Shown here one piece after another: positions 1 through 7,801 of a stretch of DNA of 32,070 nucleotides (position 1 is its first letter; every line of letters begins with the position of its first letter). The DNA comes from an uncultured bacterium. GTDB taxonomy: Bacteria; Gemmatimonadota; Gemmatimonadetes; Gemmatimonadales; Gemmatimonadaceae. The translations under genes were made by a program, and so were the position numbers. The stretch covers positions 1 to 32,070 of the forward strand of contig CAXBQP010000035.1 in the NCBI GenBank assembly GCA_963978095.1, in the 5' to 3' direction. The notes beneath the pieces were generated by a model. It was not told the DNA's origin. It did not search any database and worked only from the letters and a program-made list of their open reading frames with translations.

Positions 1-1
1 A

Positions 2-406
2 AGCTGGATCAATGTTCGGGCGTGAACCGTTGAATTGCTCCCTGAGCCTGTAGTAGTAGGCGGCCTTGTCATCTGATTCCCCGTACTCGGCTTGCAAGAC
101 CTTAAGTCGCCGATTGACTGCCTCCGGATCGGTCTTTACAGCAGCGAAGGTTGCGATGAGCTGACGGTTGATGTCTCCGAGTATTGCCGAGAAGGGTCGT
201 GTCTCGCGCCGTGCGAGATAGAAGAAAACGGAGCCGCCGCCAACAAAGGGGTCGATGTATTTTCCGTGAAACCGCGGCAGTATTCCGCCGTATCTGGCGA
301 GGAACGGTTGCTTTCCGCCTGCCCATCGAAGGAAGGGTTTCGCGCTGGAAACTCGGCGGACCCACGTGTCCAACTGGTTGTTGAAGGCGGTGTTACTATT
401 TGCCAT
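2..406 (-). CDS. Dam/D12-class N6-adenine DNA methyltransferase, N-terminal part (runs off the left edge; absent from the ORF track)
   Basis: Manual translation from ATG at 406: MANSNTAFNNQLDTWVRRVSSAKPFLRWAGGKQPFL...KYIDPFVGGGSVFFYL...ILGDINRQLI...YYYRLREQFN. It contains the Dam-family KPFLRWAGGK motif, SAM-binding motif I (PFxGGGS) and DIN; no stop before the window edge. Confidence 0.92.
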   Translation of the reverse strand, partial: MANSNTAFNNQLDTWVRRVSSAKPFLRWAGGKQPFLARYGGILPRFHGKYIDPFVGGGSVFFYLARRETRPFSAILGDINRQLIATFAAVKTDPEAVNRRLKVLQAEYGESDDKAAYYYRLREQFNGSRPNIDPA

Positions 407-709
407 TGAGCCTTAGTCCTGTTCTGACTGCGAGGGTGTCCGCATCGTACCCTTGGAAACGATTCGCTTTGGGTCGACCGATGTGCCGTTAGGTGTTTAG
501 GAGCGGTAGCTTTCACACCCCGCCACTTCTCGCGCGCGATAGACGGAGCGGCCTCTCGAATCAACTGCTTGACTTGAAGCAATGTACGCCGTTTGGGTTG
601 ACTCGGCGAGTATCACGCGGTTGCAGTAAGAGGCGGAATCGCGCTTGTGGTGTGCTTTACCGCCTGAACATCATCATCGCGGTTCTTGAGCGTTGGACCG
701 CGTGTTCTG

Positions 710-1957
710 TTAGTACTGCAAGAGGAAGCGCTGCAATTCCCGAGCGTCCTTCGTCTTCGTCAACGCCACCATCATCAATATGCGCGCCTTCTGCGGCGTC
801 AGATGCTGCACCGTCACCTGCGGCGCGAGCGGCGCCTGATCCGCCGCACCCGCTCCAGCAGCACCACCTGCCCCTGCCCCACCGCGTCCGCCTCCGGGGC
901 CGCCAGCAACCGGCGCCCCAGCCCCATCAAACCCACCGACCGCCGTCACGTTATCCCCCGACGGAAATGCCGTCGCCACAACCCCCCCAGCCCGCCGCAA
1001 CGCCAAGTACGGAGCCTGCTCCCCCCGCGAGAACCCAGTCGTCGCCACGACCACGCCAGCCGGCAGCGTATCAAACTTCACCCCCGTCCCCCCCGGATAA
1101 CTGAACGTCAGCTCCACCCGCGGCAACACACTATCCACCCCCGCCAGATCGAACTCGCTCTGACTCCCGTGGCGGCGCGTCGGGGAGAAGAAGAACTCCA
1201 CCCCGCTCCCGCTCACCACGCCGAGCATCCCCATCTCGCCGCCGCTAAACCCGCCCACGCGCTGGTAGTTCTTGCGCACCTCGCGCGCGCTGATGATCCG
1301 GTCGTCCATCACGACCATCACTCCCTTCCCCACCGCACTCGGCGCTGCCGCCGTGCGGACCGCTGCCAGCAGATTGATGGGGCCGTCGGGCGAAAGCCCC
1401 GTCGCCGGATGCTGCGCCCCCGTCACCACCACCGGCTTGTCGCTGCGCACCGTCAGGTACAGGAAGAACGCCGTCTCCTCGAGCCGGTCCGTGCCGTGCG
1501 TCACCACCACGCCGGCCAGATCCTTCCGCTCGCTCAACACCGTGTTGATCCTTCGGCTCAGCGCCACCCACTGCGCCGGCGTGATCGCGGTGCTCGCCAC
1601 GTTCGAGAACTGCTCGCTCTCCACCTCCGCATACCGCGGCAGCTCCGGCACGCTCGCAATGATCGCCTCGGCGCTCAAACTCCCCGCACGATACGCGCCC
1701 GTCGTGCCCGGCTGGTCCTGCGCCCCCGCGATGGTGCCGCCCGTCGCGATCACCAGCACCTTGGGACGGGGCCCAGCCGGGATCTGCAGCGGCACCGGCT
1801 GTGGCGCGCGCGGCGTACTCTGGATGCCGCCACCGATCGCACCCGTGGCCGCGACCGGCGCCGCGCCGGTCGTCACCGCAGGCGGCGAGGCGCATGCGCC
1901 GAGCCAGGCGAGAACGGCCAACGACATCACACACGAACGCACGAACCGTACGGCCAT
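710..1957 (-). CDS. L-asparaginase (type II-like), probable lipoprotein
   Basis: ATGGTIAG and HGTDRLEET catalytic Thr motifs, SDKPVVVTGA, DGPINL. Start placed at MAVRFVRSCVMSLAVLAWLGAC (lipobox-like LGAC). Confidence 0.92.
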   Translation of the reverse strand: MAVRFVRSCVMSLAVLAWLGACASPPAVTTGAAPVAATGAIGGGIQSTPRAPQPVPLQIPAGPRPKVLVIATGGTIAGAQDQPGTTGAYRAGSLSAEAIIASVPELPRYAEVESEQFSNVASTAITPAQWVALSRRINTVLSERKDLAGVVVTHGTDRLEETAFFLYLTVRSDKPVVVTGAQHPATGLSPDGPINLLAAVRTAAAPSAVGKGVMVVMDDRIISAREVRKNYQRVGGFSGGEMGMLGVVSGSGVEFFFSPTRRHGSQSEFDLAGVDSVLPRVELTFSYPGGTGVKFDTLPAGVVVATTGFSRGEQAPYLALRRAGGVVATAFPSGDNVTAVGGFDGAGAPVAGGPGGGRGGAGAGGAAGAGAADQAPLAPQVTVQHLTPQKARILMMVALTKTKDARELQRFLLQY

Positions 1958-2065
1958 CTCGATCGCTCCGGCGGGTGGTATCACGACCATGTCATCTATA
2001 AGATGTGGAACTGCTCGTCCTAATATCCGACGCGCCCACGGCGTCCGCCAGCGTCGCACAATCTC

Positions 2066-2094
2066 TTGCGCGCCGCGTCAAGCGGGTGTATACT
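2066..2094 (+). promoter_or_regulatory. sigma70-type promoter for the riboswitch/AAA operon transcript
   Basis: TTGCGC (2066-2071), 17 bp spacer, TATACT (2089-2094). The predicted start site (~2100-2101) coincides with the first base of riboswitch 1. Confidence 0.75.
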
Positions 2095-2100
2095 ACGGGA

Positions 2101-2190
2101 GCATCAAGATGAGGGACGACCCTCGCCAACCTGCCCGCCCGGGTAAGGTGGATCCCGAAAGGGGATGCGGCCTCCGGCAATCTCACGGGC
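2101..2190 (+). ncRNA. SAM-I/IV-type riboswitch aptamer, copy 1
   Basis: P1 GCAUC(2101-2105)/GAUGC(2164-2168); J1/2 AAGA; P2 GAGGG/CCCUC; P3 core GCCAACCU...AAGGUGG; P4 CCC-GAAA-GGG; P5 GCC-UCC-GGC then AA; loop GCCC (2137-2140) complementary to GGGC (2187-2190), as in PK-2. Matches SAM-I clan core nucleotides and SAM-I/IV architecture by eye. Confidence 0.85.
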
Positions 2191-2202
2191 TGCGCGAGAC
2201 TC

Positions 2203-2240
2203 ACCCTCCTCTGCATGCCAGATGGAGGGTTTTTCTTTTT
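2203..2240 (+). terminator. Intrinsic terminator, expression platform of riboswitch 1
   Basis: ACCCTCC-TCTG-catgc-CAGA-t-GGAGGGT hairpin followed by TTTTCTTTTT. Confidence 0.85.
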
Positions 2241-2278
2241 CCGCCACGGTCGCGGCCCGCGACCGACACGTTCCACCA

Positions 2279-2393
2279 GCATCGCGAGTGAGGCGAACGC
2301 CTCCGCCAACCTCCCCGACCCGGGAAAGGTGGTCCCACCTCCCAAGGTGGCATGCGGCGCCCGGTACTTCCACCGGACGCAACCGAGCGGGTC
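2279..2393 (+). ncRNA. SAM-I/IV-type riboswitch aptamer, copy 2
   Basis: P1 GCAU(2279-2282)/AUGC(2352-2355); J1/2 GCGAG; P2 GAGGCG/CGCCUC; P3 core GCCAACCU...AAGGUGG; P4 CCACCU/AGGUGG; P5 GCGcCCGGU/ACCGGaCGC then AA; loop GACCC (2317-2321) complementary to GGGUC (2389-2393), as in PK-2. Confidence 0.8.
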
Positions 2394-2414
2394 TCGGCAT
2401 GGGAAATCGTTCGT

Positions 2415-2438
2415 GCTCCTCGCCCCACCCAGAGGAGT
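2415..2438 (+). promoter_or_regulatory. Shine-Dalgarno-sequestering hairpin (candidate translational platform of riboswitch 2)
   Basis: GCTCCTC (2415-2421) is complementary to GAGGAGT (2432-2438), which contains the SD of the ATG at 2444. Confidence 0.6.
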
Positions 2439-2443
2439 AGCCC

Positions 2444-3856
2444 ATGACCGCCCCGCACAACATCTTCGCCCGCCTCGGACTCCACGGCTTCGAGCCCCTG
2501 GCTCCAGTCCTCCTCGCCGCGCTCGTGACCGAGGAACCCCTCCTTCTCCTCGGACCGCACGGCACGGCCAAGTCGCTCCTGCTCACGCGCACCGCCGCCG
2601 CCCTCGAGCTCAGCGCCCGGCATTACAACGCGAGTCTGCTCAACTTCGACGACCTCGTCGGATTCCCGATCCCCGGCAAGGACGGCTCCCTCGACTATGC
2701 CAAGACCCCGGCCGCGATCTGGGGGGCCGGTGCCGTCATCTTCGACGAGCTCTCCCGCTGCCGCCCCGAGATCCAGAACAAGCTCTTCCCCATCATCCAC
2801 GAGCGGAAAGTGCAGGGACTTCCACTCGAGGGACTGCGCTACCGCTGGGCCGCCATGAATCCCCCGCTCACCGACGAGAAGTCTCCGACGTACATCGGCA
2901 CCGAGCCGCTCGATGTCGCGCTCGCGGACCGCTTCGCGTTCGTGGTCACCATGCCGGACTGGAGCGCGCTCAGCGAGGCGCAGCAGATCGCCGTGATCCG
3001 CGCCACCGACCTGCCACTCGATCCAGGCATCGGTGAGGAGTTGCGCGCGGTGATCGATCAAGTACGTCGCGTCCGAGCGGCCATTGCGGAGCCCGTCGAA
3101 GCCGCGCTGGCGGACTACACGCGCACGGTCTGCGCGTTGGTCGCGCAGAGCGACATCACCCTCAGTCCGCGGCGCCGCGGCATCATCCTGCGGAACACCC
3201 TCGCCGTCATCGCCGCGGCGGCGGTGATTGCGCCGGATCTGGATATGGCGCGCTGCGCGCTGCTCACACTGCGCTCGTCACTGCCACATCTCGCCTCTGG
3301 CGAGGCGATCGACGATCGGAAGCTCGTGGCGTGCCACCGCGAGGCGTGGGCGGCGCATCCGTGCGCCGAGCTCCGCGAGATCGTCCTCCTGGCCGATCCG
3401 CTCGCGCGCTTCGAGGCCGCGATCGCCGCGCCGACCATCCCGTCGCGTGACTTCTCGTCGATCGTCGCTGACTGTCTCGCACGGATGCGCAGCGGCGAAC
3501 GCTACGCCTCGGCCGTGCACTTGTACGAGAGCAACGCGGCGAGCCGCCTGAACGTCGCCATCGCGGATCAGACCGCTCGCGCATTCAAGCAGATCATGGA
3601 GAATGAGGAACATGGTTTGCACGATGGACTTCAGCGTCATCAGGAGTACGCCGAACCCCTGGGGTATTTCCGCAAGCACGGACACGTCATCGAGCTTCGC
3701 GACGTCCTGTTCCTCGACCCCGATCAGCCGATCGACCTGCCGCAACAATGCGGGGCTGTCGGTCCTGAAGGCAAAGCACTGTTTCGCGAGGACCTGGTGT
3801 CGTTCATCACGGATTTTCGCGCGACCCGTGCGCGGCTCGCGGGGAGGGCCGCATGA
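2444..3856 (+). CDS. MoxR-type AAA+ ATPase
   Basis: Walker A GPHGTAKS, Walker B VIFDELSR, QNKL, sensor AAMNP, arginine finger LDVALADRF, later SPRR. Good SD (AGAGGAG). Confidence 0.9.
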   Translation: MTAPHNIFARLGLHGFEPLAPVLLAALVTEEPLLLLGPHGTAKSLLLTRTAAALELSARHYNASLLNFDDLVGFPIPGKDGSLDYAKTPAAIWGAGAVIFDELSRCRPEIQNKLFPIIHERKVQGLPLEGLRYRWAAMNPPLTDEKSPTYIGTEPLDVALADRFAFVVTMPDWSALSEAQQIAVIRATDLPLDPGIGEELRAVIDQVRRVRAAIAEPVEAALADYTRTVCALVAQSDITLSPRRRGIILRNTLAVIAAAAVIAPDLDMARCALLTLRSSLPHLASGEAIDDRKLVACHREAWAAHPCAELREIVLLADPLARFEAAIAAPTIPSRDFSSIVADCLARMRSGERYASAVHLYESNAASRLNVAIADQTARAFKQIMENEEHGLHDGLQRHQEYAEPLGYFRKHGHVIELRDVLFLDPDQPIDLPQQCGAVGPEGKALFREDLVSFITDFRATRARLAGRAA

Positions 3857-4257
3857 CGACCGCTTCGAACCTCGGGATCGACTGGCGGATCGTGCGGTTC
3901 AGACTGGACGATCGATTCGTCGGACTTTCGCCGGCCGAGTTGCTCGCCGCGCTCGGTCTCTCCGCCGGCGAGGATGCGGAGGCCTCGCTCCAGCGCATCA
4001 TCGAGCGGGTCGCAGCACAACTCACCCTTCCGGATGTCTGTCCCGTCGCGGATTGGACCAGGGCCATCCCCCCTCGTGACGAATTCGTGGAACCGCTCAG
4101 CGCGATCGCGGTCATGGCCAAGTCCTCGCCGCATGTGTGGGTGCGCAGCAAGCTCCCGTTGGTGCACGCGGCGAACGAACGTCATTCCGTGTCGCTCTTT
4201 CTCACCCCAGCGCAACGCCAGCGCTTCCGGCGGAGGGTGCCTCGTGTCACTGCTTGA
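3853..4257 (+). CDS. Hypothetical protein (134 aa) coupled to the AAA+ gene
   Basis: ATGA start/stop overlap with the ATPase, GGGAGG upstream, fills the gap to the next gene. No recognisable motif. Confidence 0.65.
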   Translation: MTTASNLGIDWRIVRFRLDDRFVGLSPAELLAALGLSAGEDAEASLQRIIERVAAQLTLPDVCPVADWTRAIPPRDEFVEPLSAIAVMAKSSPHVWVRSKLPLVHAANERHSVSLFLTPAQRQRFRRRVPRVTA

Positions 4258-5623
4258 ACGGATCCTGAACTGTTTTCCCACCGGCCACTACGCGATCACG
4301 GCGTTCCTGCGCGTGGTGGACATCGTCGAAAGTCGTGACGTCCCGACGGCCGCCATCGAGAACAAGATCTCGCCGCGCATGCTCATCAACCCGGATTTCG
4401 TCGAGCAGCACGCCGAGACGCCGGAGAAATTGCTGATGCTGGTGATGCACGAATTGCATCACATGATGCTCGGGCACACGGTCTCCCACCCTCGGATCAC
4501 GCCGTTCGACAACTTCGTCTTCGATGCGGTCATCAATGGCGTGCTCTGCCAGATGTTTCCGACGCCAGCCTTCACCTCGCTCCTGACCGACTACTACTCG
4601 GAGTCGTTTCCCGAGTGTCTGTTACGCCCCCCTCCGGACTGGCCGGAACAGGGCGGCGTCGCCTTGGGGATCACCGCGTTGCGCGATCCGCGTCAGGTCA
4701 AGGCGGCGGCGGCCGCGCATCGCGGACTGTACTCGGAGGCTGGCTATTCCTACGCGGAGCTCTACGTGTTGCTCTCGTCCTTCGGTCTGGGTTCCGCGCC
4801 GGTCGCGGGGCGACTCCTCGGCGATCACGCGAGCGAGACCGAGCTGGTCCTGGAGAATTCACTGGCGGAGATCGCCGCGGATTTCGGCTCGACCTTCGCT
4901 GAAGAGTTCCCGCACATCTGGACGGACGAGGTGTACATGCGGTACGAGAGACGCGGGACGGCGATGGCTCCGGTCGAACGGATCGTCAAACCGCGGACGA
5001 ACCACCGGAACCGGGCAGCGCTCCGGCGTCTCTTGTCGCGGATCGCACGAGGTGGACGAGGCGGCACCCAGCGGATCATGGACTGGACGGCCCGACCGGT
5101 GGAGCAGGCGATGCCGACCATGGACCGTCGTGCCTCGGTGCAGCGCCTGCTCGGACACCAACCGCTGCTCCATTGGGACGAACGCGTGGCACGGCGCGCG
5201 AACTGTCCCGGCGAGCGGGTGCACGTGTATTTCGATGTTTCGGGCAGCGTCTGGCATCTGCTCGAGGAACTCTACGGCGCCCTATTGGACGTGGAGGCGG
5301 ATGTGCACCCTGTCGTGCATCTGTTCTCGACGCAGGTCTACGATATGCCGATCGAGCGGTTCCGTCGGGGGGCCATGCGCACTTCGCTCGGGACCGAGAT
5401 CACCTGCGTCGCTCGCCATATGGCCAAGTTCGACGTGCGCCGAGCACTGATCGTGACGGACGGCTTCACAGATTCCCCGAGCGGTCGCGATCTGGCCGTC
5501 ATGCGCCGCGCAACCCTCGGCGTCGCCGTCATCAAGGGCGAGCAATGCCAACGTGACTTGGAAAAGGTCGTGGACTTCTGGGGGTTCCTGGAGGTCGATC
5601 CCCCCGTCGCGGCGAGCGCGTGA
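4244..5623 (+). CDS. HExxH metallopeptidase-like N-domain plus vWA (MIDAS) domain protein (DUF2201-like architecture)
   Basis: GTG start at 4244 after GGAGGG; MLINPDFV...VMHELHHMMLGH zincin motif; NFVFDAVIN; C-terminal YFDVSGS, GT and LIVTDG MIDAS residues. Confidence 0.85.
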   Translation: MSLLERILNCFPTGHYAITAFLRVVDIVESRDVPTAAIENKISPRMLINPDFVEQHAETPEKLLMLVMHELHHMMLGHTVSHPRITPFDNFVFDAVINGVLCQMFPTPAFTSLLTDYYSESFPECLLRPPPDWPEQGGVALGITALRDPRQVKAAAAAHRGLYSEAGYSYAELYVLLSSFGLGSAPVAGRLLGDHASETELVLENSLAEIAADFGSTFAEEFPHIWTDEVYMRYERRGTAMAPVERIVKPRTNHRNRAALRRLLSRIARGGRGGTQRIMDWTARPVEQAMPTMDRRASVQRLLGHQPLLHWDERVARRANCPGERVHVYFDVSGSVWHLLEELYGALLDVEADVHPVVHLFSTQVYDMPIERFRRGAMRTSLGTEITCVARHMAKFDVRRALIVTDGFTDSPSGRDLAVMRRATLGVAVIKGEQCQRDLEKVVDFWGFLEVDPPVAASA

Positions 5624-5696
5624 ACGACGATGACGGACCCTATGGATGTTCGCGCTGTCGCCAACACCCTCCCCAACAACTTGTGGACGCATCAAA

Positions 5697-5722
5697 AAAT
5701 ATTATGATATTGGATAATATTT
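5697..5722. promoter_or_regulatory. AT-rich inverted repeat abutting the start codon of the HTH-like ORF (putative operator/promoter)
   Basis: AAATATTAT (5697-5705), 8 bp spacer, ATAATATTT (5714-5722), then ATG at 5723. Contains TATGAT and GATAAT -10-like hexamers. Confidence 0.55.
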
Positions 5723-6163
5723 ATGAAAATCATCGTGAGCACCGCTGCCCTAGCGCTCGGGGTCTCCCCCACTCGGCTCCGTCTCTTCCTCTCCCGACAC
5801 GGCCCCCACTTGGCCGGAGAACCGTCGGCACGCCGCCAAGGGCGCCGCCGCCCCATCCCGGAGCAGGCGCTCGAACCACTCCTCCTGGCCTTCCTCCTCG
5901 CCCGCGACCTCCGGATCCCGGATGGACCCGCCCTTCAGCTCGCCGAACGACTGCTCAAGGCCGACTCCGCTGCCAGCCCACAGAAGTCCGTCGGAGCCGG
6001 TCCAGCACCCGCCACCATCGAACTCTCTCCGATCCTCCGACTCTCCGCCGACCTCCCCGCCCTCCGCCTCCACCTCCGCCACGCCATCGCCGACGCCCTC
6101 GAAGCCGCGCCCCCTCCCCCGCCCCGCGGCCGGCCGCGTCGTGGCGCTATAAGGACCCGTTGA
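5723..6163 (+). CDS. Small hypothetical protein with HTH/MerR-like N-terminus
   Basis: VSTAALALGVSPTRLRLFL resembles a helix-turn-helix, followed by RQGRRR; C-terminal PPRGRPRR is AT-hook-like. Confidence 0.55.
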   Translation: MKIIVSTAALALGVSPTRLRLFLSRHGPHLAGEPSARRQGRRRPIPEQALEPLLLAFLLARDLRIPDGPALQLAERLLKADSAASPQKSVGAGPAPATIELSPILRLSADLPALRLHLRHAIADALEAAPPPPPRGRPRRGAIRTR

Positions 6164-7178
6164 CCCGCGCTTCGAGCGCCGCCAGTCGATCCAGAAGATC
6201 CTCGAAGCTTGGGGGCTCCCCGAAGAACATCTCCCGCATCTTTCGGTAATCCTCGCCAAGCGCGCTCACGCGCTCCGGTGCCGGGAGCAAGCGAAGCGTT
6301 CCTGATCTGGCGGTGTGGTAGTTCGCCCAGCCGGAAGCGAAGAACAGGGACTTATTCTCGACGACCGTTTCCAAGAGGTCCCTTCGGTCCAAGGCGGCAC
6401 TCCCCACCGCTGATTCGGCGAGCACCGCCATGTCGAAATAGTGTCGCGCGAGCCGTGCCGGCAGCGCCTTCTCCTTGGGGCGGTGATATTCGGCGTGGAG
6501 AATCGTGGCTTTCTCCCAGAAGGTGCGCTCGGCGGCAAGCGTTCGAACGCCACCCACCGACTCGCGCACCGTGTCCGGAAATGCGTCTGCGCAGTACGAG
6601 GTGATCTCGCGCGACTCGACGGGCCACGGCTCTGAGCGGGCACCGAGCTCGAGCCTGACGGTCGGCATGATATAGTCGGCGTTGCCATACACCTCCGCGC
6701 TGAACGCCCGCGGGTAGGCGAATAGGAGTGTCGCCTCCGACATCCCGTCAACGCGCAGGTCAACGCTCTCCCCGATGAGGCGGTGCGACATCGCCGCGGC
6801 AATCTCCCGGAGGAACGGACCCGCCGCCCACTCTCGCAACGCGGGGGCGATTGCGTCGATGATCCGCCGCGCCTCGGCGCTGGATGGTGCGGTGCGGGGG
6901 TCAAGAGGATGCTCGCTGATGACGGTCCTAGCGACCGACAGGTCGATGTCTTCGGAGAAGCGGTCGACTAGGCGATAGACTTTCGAGAGGCTCGTTCCTC
7001 CCTTGAAAACCAAGACATCGCGATAGGCGCTCTGGAAGACGAGGTCCAGGGCCCAGCACACCCAGTAGTCCTTTTCGATGGCGATCGGGGAGGTGATTCC
7101 CGTTCTCGCTGCCGTTTCGGTGAAGAGTTCGGCACGGTCCTCTGCGCGCCATTGCGCCACGGACGTCAGCTTGCCCAC
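6147..7178 (-). CDS. abiEii: AbiEii-family nucleotidyltransferase toxin (type IV TA)
   Basis: IEKDYWV, LVFKGGTSLSKVY, DRFSEDIDL, ERTFWEKATILH and RHYFD motifs. GTG start directly follows the antitoxin stop. Confidence 0.92.
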   Translation of the reverse strand: MGKLTSVAQWRAEDRAELFTETAARTGITSPIAIEKDYWVCWALDLVFQSAYRDVLVFKGGTSLSKVYRLVDRFSEDIDLSVARTVISEHPLDPRTAPSSAEARRIIDAIAPALREWAAGPFLREIAAAMSHRLIGESVDLRVDGMSEATLLFAYPRAFSAEVYGNADYIMPTVRLELGARSEPWPVESREITSYCADAFPDTVRESVGGVRTLAAERTFWEKATILHAEYHRPKEKALPARLARHYFDMAVLAESAVGSAALDRRDLLETVVENKSLFFASGWANYHTARSGTLRLLPAPERVSALGEDYRKMREMFFGEPPSFEDLLDRLAALEARVNGSL

Positions 7179-7787
7179 TCACCCCTCCGTCGCGATTCGG
7201 CGAATCGCCGAGTGGAGCCAACCGGGGGCATGGCGGATCATCCCGAGCAGCGCGCGCTTGTCGGCCGGTCGCAGCGTTGCGGCGAGCCGATGGATCACGG
7301 TGTCATCGACGCCGCCCGTTCCCAAGTACGAAAGTGCGCGAATCACATCGTCGGCCACACCGCTCGGACGGCCCAGCTTCGAAGGCGCGCGATGGACAAG
7401 GCGCATGGTCCTGCCCTGCACCGTGACGGTCCGCGATCGACCGGTCGTCTCGAGCACCGTACGCATCGGCACTTGCGTGCTCACGCCGAGCGCGTTCGCC
7501 ACCTGGGCTGCTGACGACTTGAGCGTGGCGCCGCTCCTGCGAGCGAGTGCCCGCTCCACCGCTTTCGGACTCGGAGCCAAGACCCCCAGTCGAGCGCTGG
7601 TCTTGGGATAGTCGTAGAGCCCCCGTCCGATGCGGCGTAGCTGGCCGGCGCGGACGAGGCGACTCAACGCTTGATCGACTGATGCTCGCGAAGCTAGATC
7701 AACGAAGTCGCGCGGTGTACACACGTGTCCTCGTCCGAATCGACGAATACGCGCAAGTATTTTATCGACAACGCTTTGGTAGGTCAT
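7179..7787 (-). CDS. abiEi: AbiEi-family antitoxin / transcriptional regulator (DUF6088-like)
   Basis: Winged-HTH N-terminus SVDQALSRLVRAGQLRRIGRGLYDYP and ANALGVSTQVP; lies immediately upstream of abiEii. Start at MTYQ (7787). Confidence 0.88.
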   Translation of the reverse strand: MTYQSVVDKILARIRRFGRGHVCTPRDFVDLASRASVDQALSRLVRAGQLRRIGRGLYDYPKTSARLGVLAPSPKAVERALARRSGATLKSSAAQVANALGVSTQVPMRTVLETTGRSRTVTVQGRTMRLVHRAPSKLGRPSGVADDVIRALSYLGTGGVDDTVIHRLAATLRPADKRALLGMIRHAPGWLHSAIRRIATEG

Positions 7788-7801
7788 AATGCCGTGGTTT
7801 T

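Noticed and set aside
686..2023. 445-aa + strand ORF (also 493..1104 and 1272..2291)
   Set aside because: Arg/His/Pro-rich antisense shadows of the asparaginase gene, typical of high-GC DNA.
2120..2365. Repeated CGCCAACCT...CCCGGG.AAGGTGG considered as CRISPR repeats or an att-site duplication
   Set aside because: Only two divergent copies, with compensatory stem changes; fits tandem aptamers. No cas or integrase gene in the window.
2104..3061. ORFs crossing the riboswitch leader (2165..2440, 2201..3061, 2215..3036, 2104..2592)
   Set aside because: No motifs; the region is better explained by structured RNA plus the AAA+ gene.
3974..4243. N-terminal extension of the vWA ORF in the track
   Set aside because: Overlaps the 134-aa ORF and is low-complexity; the GTG at 4244 has a good SD.
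5620..6249. 209-aa Pro/Arg-rich ORF overlapping the vWA stop
   Set aside because: Compositionally an off-frame read of the C-rich 5723..6163 gene, and it crosses the AT-rich regulatory patch.
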